From contig CM030333.1 in the NCBI GenBank assembly GCA_017654855.1, positions 1,240,001 to 1,304,000 on the forward strand: a stretch of 64,000 bases of DNA. The letters are read 5' to 3'. Made by a program: the position numbers and the translations under genes. Of this stretch, positions 23,638 through 40,706 are shown in pieces; the stretch's first letter is position 1; the number at the start of each line of letters is the position of its first letter. Under the pieces are notes generated by a model that had not been told where the DNA came from, ran no database searches, and saw only the letters and a program-made list of their open reading frames with translations. Origin of the DNA: Podospora anserina. Its lineage: Eukaryota.

Positions 23638-26600
23638 TCAAAGATAGATGTCCCCTCCCCTTCCGTTAACCCAATCGCTCCAAGCCCGCCCATATGCCTC
23701 CTCCAAGTCCCTCACCCATCTCCTGGTATCAAACAGCGCGCACCCCCACTTGCTCTCCCAAAGCAACCTCCTCATCTCCGCCAGTCTTCCCTCTCCCCTC
23801 CCGTAGACTTCCCCATCCTGTCCCCTGACCAGCTGGTAGCCCATCCTATTCACCAACCCCACTGCAAACTCTTCGTATTGCTTCTCATCCTCCGCAATGA
23901 GTTCCTTCGCTGCTCTCTCCCCTTCCTCGCTCTTTGGAAGCGCACCCTTGAGGATGGAAGCCGCCATACGGGAGCACATCTTGTATTCGTATCGTGGGAG
24001 GGTGAGCAATGGCGTGCTAGACCAAAGGATGTCCGCCGCGGTGGTGTGGGCGTTGCACTCGGGCGTGTCGAGAAAGAGATCGCAAACTCGGGCGCGAGAA
24101 ATATGCTGTTGCTTTGGTGCCACGTCTGTGAAGTGAATGCGAGAGGCGACGGCTTCCCCAGCCCAGTCTTTAGCTGTGCGGCGGAGGTGGGTTTCGCCCA
24201 GCTCGGGGAATCGTAGCAGCCAGAGGTGGGCTTTGGGGCAGGAAGCCAGGATGCGGAGCCATGTACGGAAGGTTGTTGGGTCGATCTAAATCTTGTTAGG
24301 GAGAGTATGATATGAAAAAGGGAGGTGAGCATACCTTGTACAACTGGTTGAAGTTACCCAGGATGATAGCATCGTCGGGTAACTTGGGGAACAACTCCTT
24401 CCGCATCCTCCACCTTCTCTTCTGGTCATCCTCCCAGGACATATGCCTCTCATTGTGGCCATCTGCTGATTGCGCGTGATCGCAACAGAAAAACGTGTCC
24501 CGAGCAAAGATGATGTTCTCCGAGTAAATCCAGTCCTCGCTTTCCGTGTAGGCCTCATCCCGGAAGACATCTCCCAGGTTTAAATTGTTGCGGTGTGGTC
24601 GAAGTGTCGAGGGAGGGATGGCCGTCGTATCAGCTAGGAGGTAATCGCACCACTCGGCTCCCAACGTCCCAGCAAAGCCCATGAACGACATCTGGATCGG
24701 CGCAGGCCGCGCGGCAAAGATCTCATTGCGCGCTCCGCGGGTGTACCCATTGAGATTGACCAGAATATGAATGCCATCAGCCACAATCTGCTCGACCAGT
24801 CTGTCTGATGGCCACGTGCTGACATCACGGAAGACGGGCGCTTCACGCTCAATCTGCTGGCGATGGATCGACTTGTCACTGGCTGTGGTTGCATAGCAAT
24901 ACGCCTTGACCTTGTTGGGATTGTGAAAGCCAAAGACAGATTGCATCAAATGTGCCAGGGGGTGGTTGTTGAAATCAGACGAGACATAGCCAACCTTGAA
25001 ATAAGGGGCTGGTGGCTCCGGTGGTTCATATACAGTAGCTGGGACCCAAGGTGAGCGAAGCGTCGAACACGATATTCTTAGCGCATTCCTCTGCGAAATC
25101 ATCCGGATGTCCTTGGCTGTCAACGGGCAAGTAAAGGTGTGGAACGGCAACACCGTCGGCGCAGATGGAATCGAAAGGCTGGCAGGAGGCCGCGGCCGCC
25201 TGTATCCAGCTGATGACTTGATGCCCTTGACATGTTTGTCGACATACCAGCACCGCATCGCAGCTCTCGTCGACCGCTCAATCAACCTCAGGATTCTTGA
25301 GCCCTCCCACGATCGACCAGCCCATTTTCGAAGTTCGGTTTCAACATCCAGACCTCGGTCGGTGATCCCAGCTCCGGCATCCCTTAACTGCGCCACCAGC
25401 TGCACAATCGTCTGATCTTGCAAGGCGCCAACACCCCAAGTGCTGGACTCCTTCAGCTGCCGCCCGACAATGTCAACCACACGTTTCATCAGCCCACTGC
25501 CTTGGCCTTGTGACTTCACATCCTGAAGCATCCCTTGCTCGTCAACATGCCAGCGGTCAAACTTGCCACCTGCCAGCAGAACACCACCACGACCCTTCCA
25601 GTCGCAAACCGAGTTGAGCGCAGTGGACAGCCCGCAAACAGCCTCAGCAAAATCGGGATTCGCCGATACAGCTCGCTTGTAATACCCGATGGCATCACTG
25701 ATTCTGCCTCTATCCTTGACAGCATTGGCCAAGTTGGTCAATGCAATATCGAAGCTTCCATCGCACTGCACAGCCTGCTCATACATCTGAATAGCAAGAT
25801 CCAGCTGTCCGATATCTTTGAGCAAGCTGCCCAGATTGGTATGCAGGTGCACATGCTTTGGATCCAGGGTAAGGCCATAATAATAGTAAGCCAGGGCGAG
25901 CGATAAGCCGCTGCCTGGTACGATCCCAGGGATAGCGGGAAGATTCCCCAAGTCCATAGGCGGCCCAGAGTGAACTTGGGTAGACGTCTGCTGAACACTA
26001 GCGAGCAAGATGCCGACGTTGTTTGCTGTTGACGGACTTTCCTGCAATGACAAGGACAGGTAATAGAGCGCCAGAATATCGCCCACTCCAGCAGGCTGTC
26101 TGACCATACCGGTGTTTGGCCCACCATTCGACATGGTGTCCTGGAAGATCTTGGCTAGCGACAACAATGAATTGCTCGTTGTGGCAACCACGGATTTCTT
26201 GTGAGTACCTTCGGGAACATATTGTAGTCCCGGCAAGAGTCCTCCGTGCGAAGTAAATACCCGCTGTGCGGTAAGCTTGGCCCTGTCTGGCGACAGAAGC
26301 AACGGCGCGGACAGGTTCGCCTGAACAGCACCCCTAAGCTGCCCTGAATGCATATCCCTCGGTGCTAGGACGGTTTGGATCCTTCTGATAAGCGATCGCA
26401 CCCCTCGAACCTGTCTTCCAGCGCTGATGAGCACCGCCTCCTCAAAAGCATCCGAGGCTTGTTCGATATTTTTCAACGAGTACAGCATGTTTCCTTTGGC
26501 GTGTATCAGCAGGATCATCCGCCCATTCTCGGTCCCAGCTATCGCATATCCGCTTGACCCAAAACCTGGAACGTGGCTATTGTCTGCAGTTCGGGCAAAA

Positions 26601-28594
26601 TGCTGGGTCGGGCTGTCGTTGTTGAGGTCGTCTAGCACAAAGTTGTCGGGGCTCAATTCTCGCATCGTGGCAGTCGACGCCGTGTCGGCCTCGCTCGCCG
26701 TCTCGTTAACTTCATGTACGGTTCCGTTTGTTCCAGACATCCTCAACGATTTCTGAATGTACTCGATAATGTTGACTGCCTCCTGACTCCTATGATTCGA
26801 GCACAGCAAGCCAACCAAATGTTCCACTGCTTCCAGGTAACTTGGCCTTAGCTTGATCGCTTTAGACCATTCCCGTTCAGCCTCATCCTGTCTGTTCATG
26901 CAGTACAATGTCGCAGCAATATTTGAAATAGCCTCGACGTGGCTGTCCTGTTTGTTAGCATCACCCCGTAAAACTAACGCGGTCGACCAGACCGGGAATA
27001 CGCACCTAGCATCCATGCTCACGATGCGCTTGAACCACTCCAGAGCATCTTCATAATGCTCAAGGCCATAGTGGAGACATCCTCCCAACAGCATACCATC
27101 CACCCATTTCCATCCACTTTGCTCACATAGGTTGGTGAGCATCTCGAGTGAATTTTTCGCATTGTGAAGTGGTGATCCGGTCTCAAAGTATGGCCGTTGT
27201 TGAAGCCCCGTTGAATATAGATTCCTCGCTTGGTTGAAGCCTCCAACATTCATTCCTTGCACTCCCATTGCCATACTCCTAGCTGCCGCCTGCTTCTGTG
27301 CCATGTGCTGTGCATAGCTGACTGTTGGTTCGGAGAGGGCTGGCGAAGGTCGTACTTTGGTTCCGCTCGCCAACGGTGCTATTGAGGGTTTCGGGTATAC
27401 CACCATCTTCGATGACGTTCTTGATAAAGATCCGGTCCGGCTGTGGTGTGCTTTCTTCGCATTGCCTAGATAAAGTAGCAGATCATTGTATGTTTTATGT
27501 GCTTGCTGCAGGGCCAGCTCTTTGAACCTTGCTCTCGAGGCAACATCTCCGCCACTGCCCCCTTGGGCAATATGTCCAGCTAGTTGTGCCAGAGACTCAT
27601 GACCCTGATGAGCAGCCCCATGGTGCGCCATGTGTGCCTGAGCATGACGAGCGTACCCATCATCAAGAGGGTAGCTTGACAATGGCAAGCGGAATGGGTG
27701 TGGTTGGCCCAGTCCTGGTGCGTTTGGCATGCCATGTATGGTCGACTGCGAGGGCATAAACGCACTATCAACGACAGCATTTTGTGGTGTGTAGCCATTG
27801 GCTAGGGGTATTGGTGTTCGATAATCCCCTAGTCCACCATTCCTCCACACCATCGACTGCTGTGGTTGCTGTGGTTGTTGGTAGCCACCCGGGCTGTAGA
27901 CTGTTTGACTCAACGGCTGGTGGTATCCTGGCCCTAACAATGGCTGCAAGCTGGACACAGAGTTGTAGCTTTGTTGGGGTATTGGTTGCAGAAAGTTTGT
28001 CTGCTCTGGCGCGGCCGGATTCGTTATCATATTCGTACTTCCCATACCCCATCCTCCAGGCGTCACAGGTGGGCTACTTAATGGTTCCATCCCACCATCG
28101 AGCCTCCCAGTCGGATTCGGTGCCTGATATGGCCATGATGATCCAGAGAGTGTTGACCTATGGTAGCTAACCCCAGTTAGCCCTGATGTTCTCCGAGACA
28201 CAGCAGTCGGAAATATTCTTGACGAGGCAGGTAAGATCATGTGCTTCAATGGTGGGGGTCCGGAGGCCAGGTGGGCAACCGAACCATCGTACCCATTGTC
28301 GATGGTGCCGCTTGGTGTCTTGCGTCTAAGTGAGTGTTCCGAACTGTGGTCGTGGGCATGTGATCGGATGAACGAGGTGGTGATGCGGTGCAACGCCGGG
28401 GCTGGCTGGGCGCTGCGGATGGCGAACGCCCGGGGCGTTGAGTCTGTGTTGTGGAGCGAGGGGGAGGGTCGCGCGAACTGTGGTCTTTGGTGATGCGACA
28501 CGTACTCCAGGTCATGTTTTACGTGCGGTTGATGGGGCCCGAGTAAGTCGAGCTGTGGTTGCACCATCGGGTGCATTTGGACAAGAGGTAACAT
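23638..28594 (-). CDS. OGT: O-GlcNAc transferase (UDP-GlcNAc:peptide transferase, GT41, TPR-containing); introns 27005-26943 and 24334-24286
   Basis: TPR repeats (HLHTNLGSLLKDIGQLDLAIQMYEQA, ALTNLANAVKDRG). GT41 catalytic motifs VGYVSSDFNNHPLAHLM, HILVNLNGYTRGARNEIFAARPAPIQ, NFNQLYKIDP, DLFLDTPECNAHTTAADILW. The start is taken at the first ATG (MLPLVQ). Confidence 0.93.
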
Positions 28595-29978
28595 GGTGGA
28601 ATCCGATACTACGTATGCTGGTGATGTCTTCTGCTGAAAGACGATGAGATTGTATCGCAGAGAAGTGTAGATAATAGAGTAAGTAAGGAGCGTCGAGATT
28701 CGGTTTGCGGGTCGCCTGTTGCTGGGGGGGGGGAGGGGAATCAGGCCAGACTCGTTACTGCCCAGTGAATACCTCAAAGCATTGTTGACTTTGTTGAAGA
28801 CGTTGTCGAGCACACAATGGCCCCCGGGAAAGGGTATTCCATCTGAGGAGTGGACAGCAAGGTCGAAACAAGAGCAATGCTGGGATCTCGCCCAGACTCT
28901 TAACCATGCACCTGCGTCCCCTCTCAGTCAATCAACCCACCGATCCCCCCAGTTCCGCCCGGCTGCGGTCCGGGATCTGCAGAGGAAAATAATCACAAAA
29001 TTCTGTCTTGTTTCGTCCGACGGGCGGTCGCATCCACTCTCTCCAGCGCCCACAACAGCGTCAACCACAGCTCCCGTCTCCGCACCGCCGGGCTCGTGAA
29101 TAGCGACGGCCGTGTCCTCAGCCGGAGTCGATCAGGTCGGGGCGGGGTTTGATGTGGAGGCAGTGGTCGGTGGTGGAATAGAAGAGGAGAACGGAGGGCC
29201 CGGGAGGTGCGTGCGTGGGTGCGTGATGAAAGTGCCCTTGTCAGGTACCTGGCTGTCAGTCGAAGGTGGATATGGATCAGGATCAGTATCGGATTATCGG
29301 GACCCGGCACGGCGGTGATCAACGGCGACGGTGGCGATGAATTGGGGGGGTTCTGGTCTAACAGGGCAGCAGGATCGTCCCCTCTCTTCTCCTGCACTGC
29401 TTCTATTCAAAATAATAAAAGAGACGGGAACTGGCCTGACGTTGAAATGCAGACGGACAGGGAAGTCGGCGGGAATCTCACTTGTCTAAAATGTGGAATG
29501 GGGCCGCATTTACTCAGGCTGGTGCACGACGGGGGCCTGCGCCTGCGGGCGTTCTCGGGCCTAAACTCTGCAGGGAAGCCTCCCCCCACACAAGCAGCAG
29601 TAGCATGGAAACGCTAGAGCCCTGCTGCTACACTGCACCAGCGCTGCACCACCCTCAACCTCCAACAAGGTACCGTCACCTCACCACGGCGCTGCTGCAC
29701 CCTATTAGTGGCTGCGGGCCGAGCACATCCAAGCTCTGTGAAGCACTTCAGAGACCACTGGGCACGCTATGTGACCCTCCGGGACATGAGGGACATGGAT
29801 CGCGTCCCTGGGTGTGGTTCGCTTCATTACGACGGTTCGACTAAGGCATGTATAAACCTGATTCATCCCGGTCCATCATGGCCGTCGACATCTGATAGGC
29901 ACCTCAGTAAATGCCATGCCACGCCAGCTGTGCGACTCGACGAGGCAGATACCTCTCAATCACTGACAGACTGACAAA

Positions 29979-30090
29979 AGAGACCAGAGAGACCAGAGAG
30001 ACCAGAGAGACGAGAGACAAGAGAGACCAGAGAGACAAGAGAGACCAGAGAGACAAGAGAGACCAGAGAGACAAGAGAGACCAGAGAGAC
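29979..30090. repeat. 9-bp minisatellite (AGAGAGAC[C/A]), about 12 units, with alternating variants
   Basis: Directly visible: agagaccag agagaccag ... agagacaag agagaccag agagacaag ... Confidence 0.95.
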
Positions 30091-33000
30091 ACACAGTATT
30101 ATGCGCCGGGCGATGTGCCGTCACCCGCCGCCCGAAGAATCAGAATAGCACAGCAACACAAGGAAAACCTCTGACCTGAGGGACATGTGCGGGACCTGTG
30201 GACACAAGCAGCAAGGGTCAGGGCAGGGCAAAGGCAGGGTCGGTTGTCTATCCCATGGATGCGAGTCGCAGCATGCAGACTCCAATCATCTCATCTGGAG
30301 CCTACTTCTGGGCGTCTCCCACATCAGGCTGGGTGAGTGGGTGTGTTGGACAGCCCGTCTTCGTATCAATCTTGCATTTTTCTGGAAAACATCCCTATCC
30401 CGTGCCCCTCATTCTTCCCTCGGCAAACTCGGCCCAGTCTTCCTTTCCCCTCCCAGCTCTACGACGCAGAATATGACAGCTCTCCTCGCTTCATCATGAG
30501 TTTTGGGGTGCAGTTGCAAGCAGCATTGCGTGGCATGGCTGTGTCAATATTAGGGTGGGTGTGTGTGAGCACCACAGGCAGATCCAAACCCATCCCACCA
30601 TTCACCCCGCAGATGGCCCTTTTCAAACGACGACTGGTGGAAAGCCTCATGCAAGGTTAAACTTCTCAAGACCCGCGGCAGACATTATCACATCTACGGT
30701 CTGTCACTGTTTTCAGCGTCTATTTGTTTCTTACAAAATAGACTTCCCCTTGGGGTCTGATCGGGGTCCCAATGGTCACCAAACTGGCCCGCCCCCTCAT
30801 GCCATGCTCGATCCTATACACATACTTCACGCCGTCAGCCTACCTCACCTACCGGCCTACTATCCAGCTTAGGTTACATCCACCCAACCCTCTCCATTCC
30901 CATTGCTCACTCGCAGAAGCTCAGAGGATAGCCCTATATGTAAGGTTCCGTATCACCCACCACACATGCTCGCATTATACTGTGATAACAAGTGACAGCC
31001 AAGACACCAACCCATCAACGAGTGAGATCAGTCAGAACAGAAAATCCCCAGAAACCAGTCGGTGAGAACCCAATCCAACCACCCCAAGGTCCCAACCATC
31101 TTACTCACCACACCATCCCCCGTCTTTCTTCATCCCCCGGACTCCGTACATTACTACCTAACCCAATCATGCAACCTACTTTGGTGTACATTGTCTGAGA
31201 TTGAGGGTCACTCTTTCTCATAGCTGAGGAACCAAACATCAGGTAATTCTGAACCCGCCCTCACTGAACCAAAGATGGTCACCTGCAAAAGCTCTGCATA
31301 CCTACTGCCACCCGGCGCATATTCCGGCGGCACTTGCGGCACTTGAGTGTCTCTCGTTTCTGCAGAAGGGAAATCTGGGAGTTTCAACCTCACCTAACTA
31401 CTCTCTCACACTCAACCTCAAAAAGATACCCCAATATTCTAAACATACCCAACAACCCCACGGTAACACCAAACGCCCATCATTCACTCACTGATCTGTG
31501 ACCCTTGAAACATATCCCCTCCTGCCGTGAGCCGTTGTCACTCACCCCGTCCCACCCTCCTTCCTCTCTGTGAAGCACAACAGTGACAGTGACTTGCATA
31601 AAAAATACTTAGCATAATGTACCTTACCTGCCAAGGCATGAAAGAATAGCAAACAACCACCGCAATTCCTCGAATCCAAAGCCATGAATCAACGGATCCG
31701 GCCCGAAAGAAAGAAACCGGAACCCCCCATGAACAAACGGTTGATCAACACCCAGCTGCGCCATCCTATCTTACTTACATAGTTACCCGTGTCCTCGCCT
31801 CGTCATGCGCCTCTTCTGTGCCATTCGGTATGGACCAATGCCATGCCATAATCCCATCTCAACACCACGAACATACTTGAATCATCGATAAACCACCCCC
31901 ATTGTTAGAAACATCATTGCAACTATCCTGCACGTCTTCTTCAAGACTTTGAATTGTCATGTATGTAAACTGAGGCAGCCAAGTACAACCTCAGCCCTAC
32001 GACTGAACTGGCCACGTAATTTTGTCTCCCAACGATGAGACCTGCTGTGCCTCAAACCCTTCGGTATCCTTCACTCTTGGCCTTCATCCTTTCATCAAAA
32101 TCCGAACCGAACCGCTCGCACCCAGACATTTGAACCTCCCGCACCGGAACCTCATCCCCTTTAGATAGGTTCCCAAGTTCCAAATGCTCAAAAGAAACTC
32201 GCTAGACCCGTGAAACAATAAGATGCTTATATCACGGCACAGAAGAACCATGAGCCTTGACGGTGAACCTGGCGCCGAAAAAAATACAACATTTTGAAGA
32301 TGATCAAGAGAAAAGAGACACACATTCATTACCCAATCTTCAAATCCCTAGCTGGCATTTCCAAGCCAAAATTCCTCTTAACCCCCTTCTTAAACCCCCC
32401 TGGACGGTCAGAACAAGCGTCAAGAAGACATTCAGATCAAGCTTATTCACACTCATCTCGAACCCATAGTCAAAACTCATACCAACACCTTGCCAAATCC
32501 CACGAGAACATCGTTTCGACAACTAAAATAAAAAAGTTAACGATTTTCTACACGAAAGAGCAACACCATCCCACCCGTATCATAGGACAAAAAGAGAACT
32601 AGGAACCGCGTCGTATAAAACCAAGGCCTTAGAAGAGAGAAATAGATGAACAGAAACACCCTCGACTTCTCCTTTTCATGACACCTCGATGCAAGTTTAA
32701 ACCTTGCATTCGCCATCTTTGAAAAAGCCATGTTGATCATTTCATATCCCGTCCTCCACTCTGCACCCTCCACTCCCCCCAAGCCCATACATAAAAGTCA
32801 CTCGTGCCGAAACACGCCAGTGGAATCCTTAACTTTATCCAAAGTAAGCCATCATCAAGTCATCAAATCCACCTACATATCAGAGCACTTCTTCTCATTA
32901 GAGCACCACCACCACCACCACCAACAAACAAGCCCCCAGCTATCGTCAACATACAAACCAGTGGTTTTTCCCCAACTGGAAATGAAACCATGATAAATGG

Positions 33001-33711
33001 CCTAACACGAACATTCTGAAGCTGGTGGCGCCCTCACCTCGTATCACCCGGAAACAAAACTCCACGAACCTGCAACACACCACACCAGGCATGCTCTCAA
33101 TGCCAGTGACATCATCTCGTATCTACTACTTACAGCCCTGGACATCAATCACACTCATCAGAAAACAACAGCAAAGAAAGGACCTCGACTTCCACAGCGC
33201 CTACACACGCCCCTCCAACAAGCCATAGTGAGTAATCAGACGGGACGCAAATATCAATCTTCCGGAACAAGATAATGAAACCCAAAAGTCCTACCGAAAG
33301 CAAGGTCAAAGTTTGGGGCGAACGTCAGGGTCTGGTTTCTTCTTCATCATCTTGGTGTGTTATTTGGTATAGGTATGGGTATCTCGGGGCGAACTGTTTC
33401 ATCAGGGAGCGGCAAAAAAGGAACGCGGGATAGGCGCGGTTCACCCATTAAAGGGCTCAACTCCTTTGGAAAAAAGGTCCTCTGTGTGTGTGTCGTAATT
33501 TCCCCCGTCCCAAAAAGTAGCAAAGCAATTCGCACCTATCCCCGGAAAGCCAAAACATATGTACTGGCAAGACCATGCTCGGCCACGAATCATCTTCTTT
33601 TGATTTGATTTGCCGTAGTCTGGCAAGCCTGATGTAAAGCAAGCCCTGAACTCCTAATCACATGCCAAGAGAATCCCAATCCGACCATAATTTTTATCGT
33701 AAACGACGCGC

Positions 33712-34582
<871 letters not shown>

Positions 34583-34693
34583 GGTGTCGGCTGGTTATCT
34601 GACGACGGACTTGGGTGTGTTCGTGGTGAGTGCGGCCGGGCCAAGTATCAAGACGACGAAATCAAAAATCGCAGTTGTGGGTTTTGCCGACCT

Positions 34694-34758
34694 GCCCTAA
34701 GAAAATTGATTGTGTGGCTGATTGAGGTTTGGCGGGGCCTGCAAGGTTGTAGCCACAG
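34694..34758. promoter_or_regulatory. Ribosomal-protein promoter motifs (GCCCTAA; AGCCACAG) upstream of RPL12
   Basis: Shared, in reverse orientation, with the RPL22 upstream region. Confidence 0.5.
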
Positions 34759-34989
34759 TTTCGTGGAGGGGAAGCTCCCTCCAGCCACACGGACCCACCT
34801 CTTGGCGATATGCAAGTTGGTTGCTTCCCCCCTGAGTGAGCCTCTCTGGAGATAACGAACCGAGCTCGATTCAATGGACCAAAGCGCATGCAAAGGAATG
34901 GGAAATATCTGCTTTTGATACTGAGAAATATTTCAATTATCGAGATCACATACTGTGCAACGCTTCCACCCCTGCCTCAACTAACATCA

Positions 34990-37750
<2,761 letters not shown>

Positions 37751-38560
37751 CTATAGGAAAGGTGGCATCAGCATGTGCGAGTCCAGGGCCTTGGTGAACT
37801 GGACAGCGAGGCAGACAGGTGATTCAGAGTTGGGGAGGTAGTTGGGTTGGATGACGAAGAGGAGGAGGCTTAATACCTTCTTGGTGGGGTTGTGGCTAGC
37901 TCAGAGATGCCGACGCCGAGCAATCACAACTCGAGATGGTGAAGCGCAAGATGGCAGCCGGGATCGTAGCAGTGCGGCGGATAAGGGAGTCGTGGTGCTT
38001 TGGCCAGCTGCTGGAGCTCTGGCGAGGTTGTCCCCTCACTGGAAAAGGACAAGTTCCAGGTCCATGCTGGCTGTTGTGGCGCATGCATGTGGCTGGAGCT
38101 GCATTCCTTGCTGCAGACACCCCTGGCAGGTTGTCGTGCCAAGCCATTTTTGGCGATTGCTTGGCATCGGTCAACTCAACTTCAACTTTCATTGAACATC
38201 ATCATTCTCGAGTAAATATTTGTCTACATATCAAAATATAATAAGGCTTGTTTTCCGCCCTCTGTCGATCTTTTCTCGCCAGATCATGCAAATGCCATTA
38301 ACGATGAACTACTTCCACGCCATCGAACCTTGCAGTTGGAGACCATAGACTTTTGTTCAGTTCCAGGCCTCGACTCCTGCTGGTCTAGCAACCGTCCACC
38401 GGCCACCGGTTCTTCAGCGTTGAACGGTATAACTCGAGTCATGGCAGTGCTATTAGACAGACAGAGAGACTCCTGCTCTCTAGTATCCTTCAGTCTGCTT
38501 GTCATCCTCACCTGCTGTCTTCCTCTTTTATCTTTCTGAAGAACATCTGTCCCTCAAGCC

Positions 38561-40706
38561 ATGGCGGCGAAATCTTTTCTGTTCCTGTGGTGTCTTCTAA
38601 CTGCCAAGATCTCACTAAGCCATCGAATTGGTCCTCGACAAGCAGATGGCGATGTTGACGACCAAGTGTTTTTAAGGAGAGCATTCCATTCCTGTAAGTC
38701 AAGTTTCTTGGGTAGTCGTTGTTGGGCTCCCGCTGATACGATGCCATACAAACAGCGGCCGTGTTGAACGGATGGGTGTACATCGACGGAGGCGAGTTCT
38801 CCTACAAGAGCGGAAGAAACATTGTCTACCAGTACTGTAAGCCACCTGTGCATTTTGTAGAACTCCGTCTATGAGCTGACGGCTTGCAGCAAATACATTG
38901 CTATCCATTGATCTTTCGAAGGATTGGCCCAATGATACGATCGACATACAATCGTCTTCCAAACCGGAAGGTGTCCCAAACTTGCGAAACGGTGGCATCT
39001 GGGTCGACGAGAAGAATGGAGTACTATACACGGGGTTTGCCGGGACAGAGCCCTTCTTTGGTGATGGAGCGCTCTGCTCACAGGGCCTGTGGTCATTCGT
39101 TCCAAATGGATCAGGCGGGGGTGACTGGAGAAATTTGAACGATACTGCCGACCCCGGTTTCGTGAACCTCCCACGGCCCTACAAAGGACAAACAAGCAGT
39201 GGCGATGGCCGGGGCTTCTTTCTCGGCGGTATGTCTAATGGAGAGCATCTAGGGCTGTAGCTAACATCTCTCCTGGGTAGGCGTCATCAGCAATGAGACA
39301 GGCCAGGAGACCACCCTCAGCAACCTCGACACCTACGATTTTGCCGCTAACAAACTCACAAATCAGACGGTGTCTGGCGTGTCTACTCGGGGATTGGAAC
39401 GGTATGGAGGCATGATCTACGTGCCCAACTTTGGAAATCGCGGAATCTTGATCAATGTAGGCGGCGAGCAAGGTGGACGAGGACGAGTCGAGACCGACGA
39501 GTTGATATCTTTTCGGCGAGTTCAGGTATACGACCCAGAGAGTCAGACATGGTTTGAACAAAAGACGAGCGGCAATACTCCCCAACCTCGTAAGCAATTC
39601 TGCATTGCCGGCCTGGCATCCAACAATCATACTTATGAGGTGCTGGTCTACGCGGGCTGGGAAGGGCAGTATGGGTCGTCGTCGCTGTCCTATGACAGTG
39701 CCTTTGTGCTTACGCTTCCTGGATTTCATTGGGTCAAAGCAGACTATCCGTCACATAACCCACGACACGGCCTGACCTGCAACCCTGTTGGCGGAAGTCA
39801 AGTCTTGATTATCGGTGGTGTTGACACAACACAACAAGCTGACAGCTCAGGCGCACAACAACAACGCCAGCAGCGGAACGGCTCCTCAGATAACATATCC
39901 GATTACATTAGTGCTTTCAGCACCCCTGATCCTTTCCACCGAGGATTGGCGATATTTGACATGCATGCCATGGGTTGGAACACCTCGTATACAGCGAATC
40001 CTGCCGTTTATGCGCCCGCTCCAGAAGTTCAGGATTACTACAATACCAGGTAAGCCGAATCCAACCAGAGGTACGAGGCTTGACGCTGACACTTCTATTT
40101 AGGGGCCTCAAGCCAGAAGCAGGCTTCGCCTCACCGGAACTCGAACACATATTCTCTATCGCCCGTTTCGACAACAGCCCAGACGAGAGCCCAGCCAGCT
40201 ACGCGCGCAGAAGTAATACGGCTGCCATTGTGGGAGGGGTAGTCGGAGGCGTTGTCGTACTAGCCGCAGTATTCGGGTTATTTCTGTTCTTCAGGCGCAG
40301 ACACAAGAAACAGCCACTGCCATCCACGGTTGTGGGTCAATCTATCAGTTCTCACACGGCCTACGACAAGCCCCCGACGTTGTCGTCACTGCATTGGCAG
40401 GAGCTGGCAGTGGTTGGTAATGAGCAGCCACATCCTGAGTTGCCAGTGGAGGGTCATGAACAGCCCCATCCAGAACTACCTGTGGCTGGACACGAGAGGC
40501 CCCGGATTGAGCTACCACCGGAGGTGAAACCTGAGAAGCAGCAGGAGGCGGTTCCAGCACCACCAGCAGAGCCGGAGCCTGTGGAATTGCATGGGGACAG
40601 TCTGGTCCTGAGCGAGTTGTCTCCTAGGTCGCAGGACATCATGAAGAACTTCAAGTTCCCGACTGAGCATATCCAGAAGCCACTTTCTCGGACAAAGAGT
40701 TTGTGA
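38561..40706 (+). CDS. Single-pass type I membrane protein with kelch/galactose-oxidase-like extracellular beta-propeller; 5 exons
   Basis: Signal-peptide-like N-terminus, kelch-type motifs (VYIDGG, LLSIDLSKDW, VQVYDPESQTWFEQKTSG, VLTLPGFHW, VLIIGG), TM AIVGGVVGGVVVLAAVFGLFLFF-RRRHKK, and a cytosolic tail with EL[P/A] repeats. Confidence 0.85.

Noticed and set aside
28595..28813. GTG-initiated 73-codon N-terminal extension of OGT in the ORF track
   Set aside because: It lacks codon bias and an ATG, and looks like 5' UTR or UTR intron.
29904..30174. ORFs with SLL/SLW and RDQ/RDK repeats; possible CRISPR-like array
   Set aside because: They are translations of a spacerless 9-bp minisatellite in a eukaryote.
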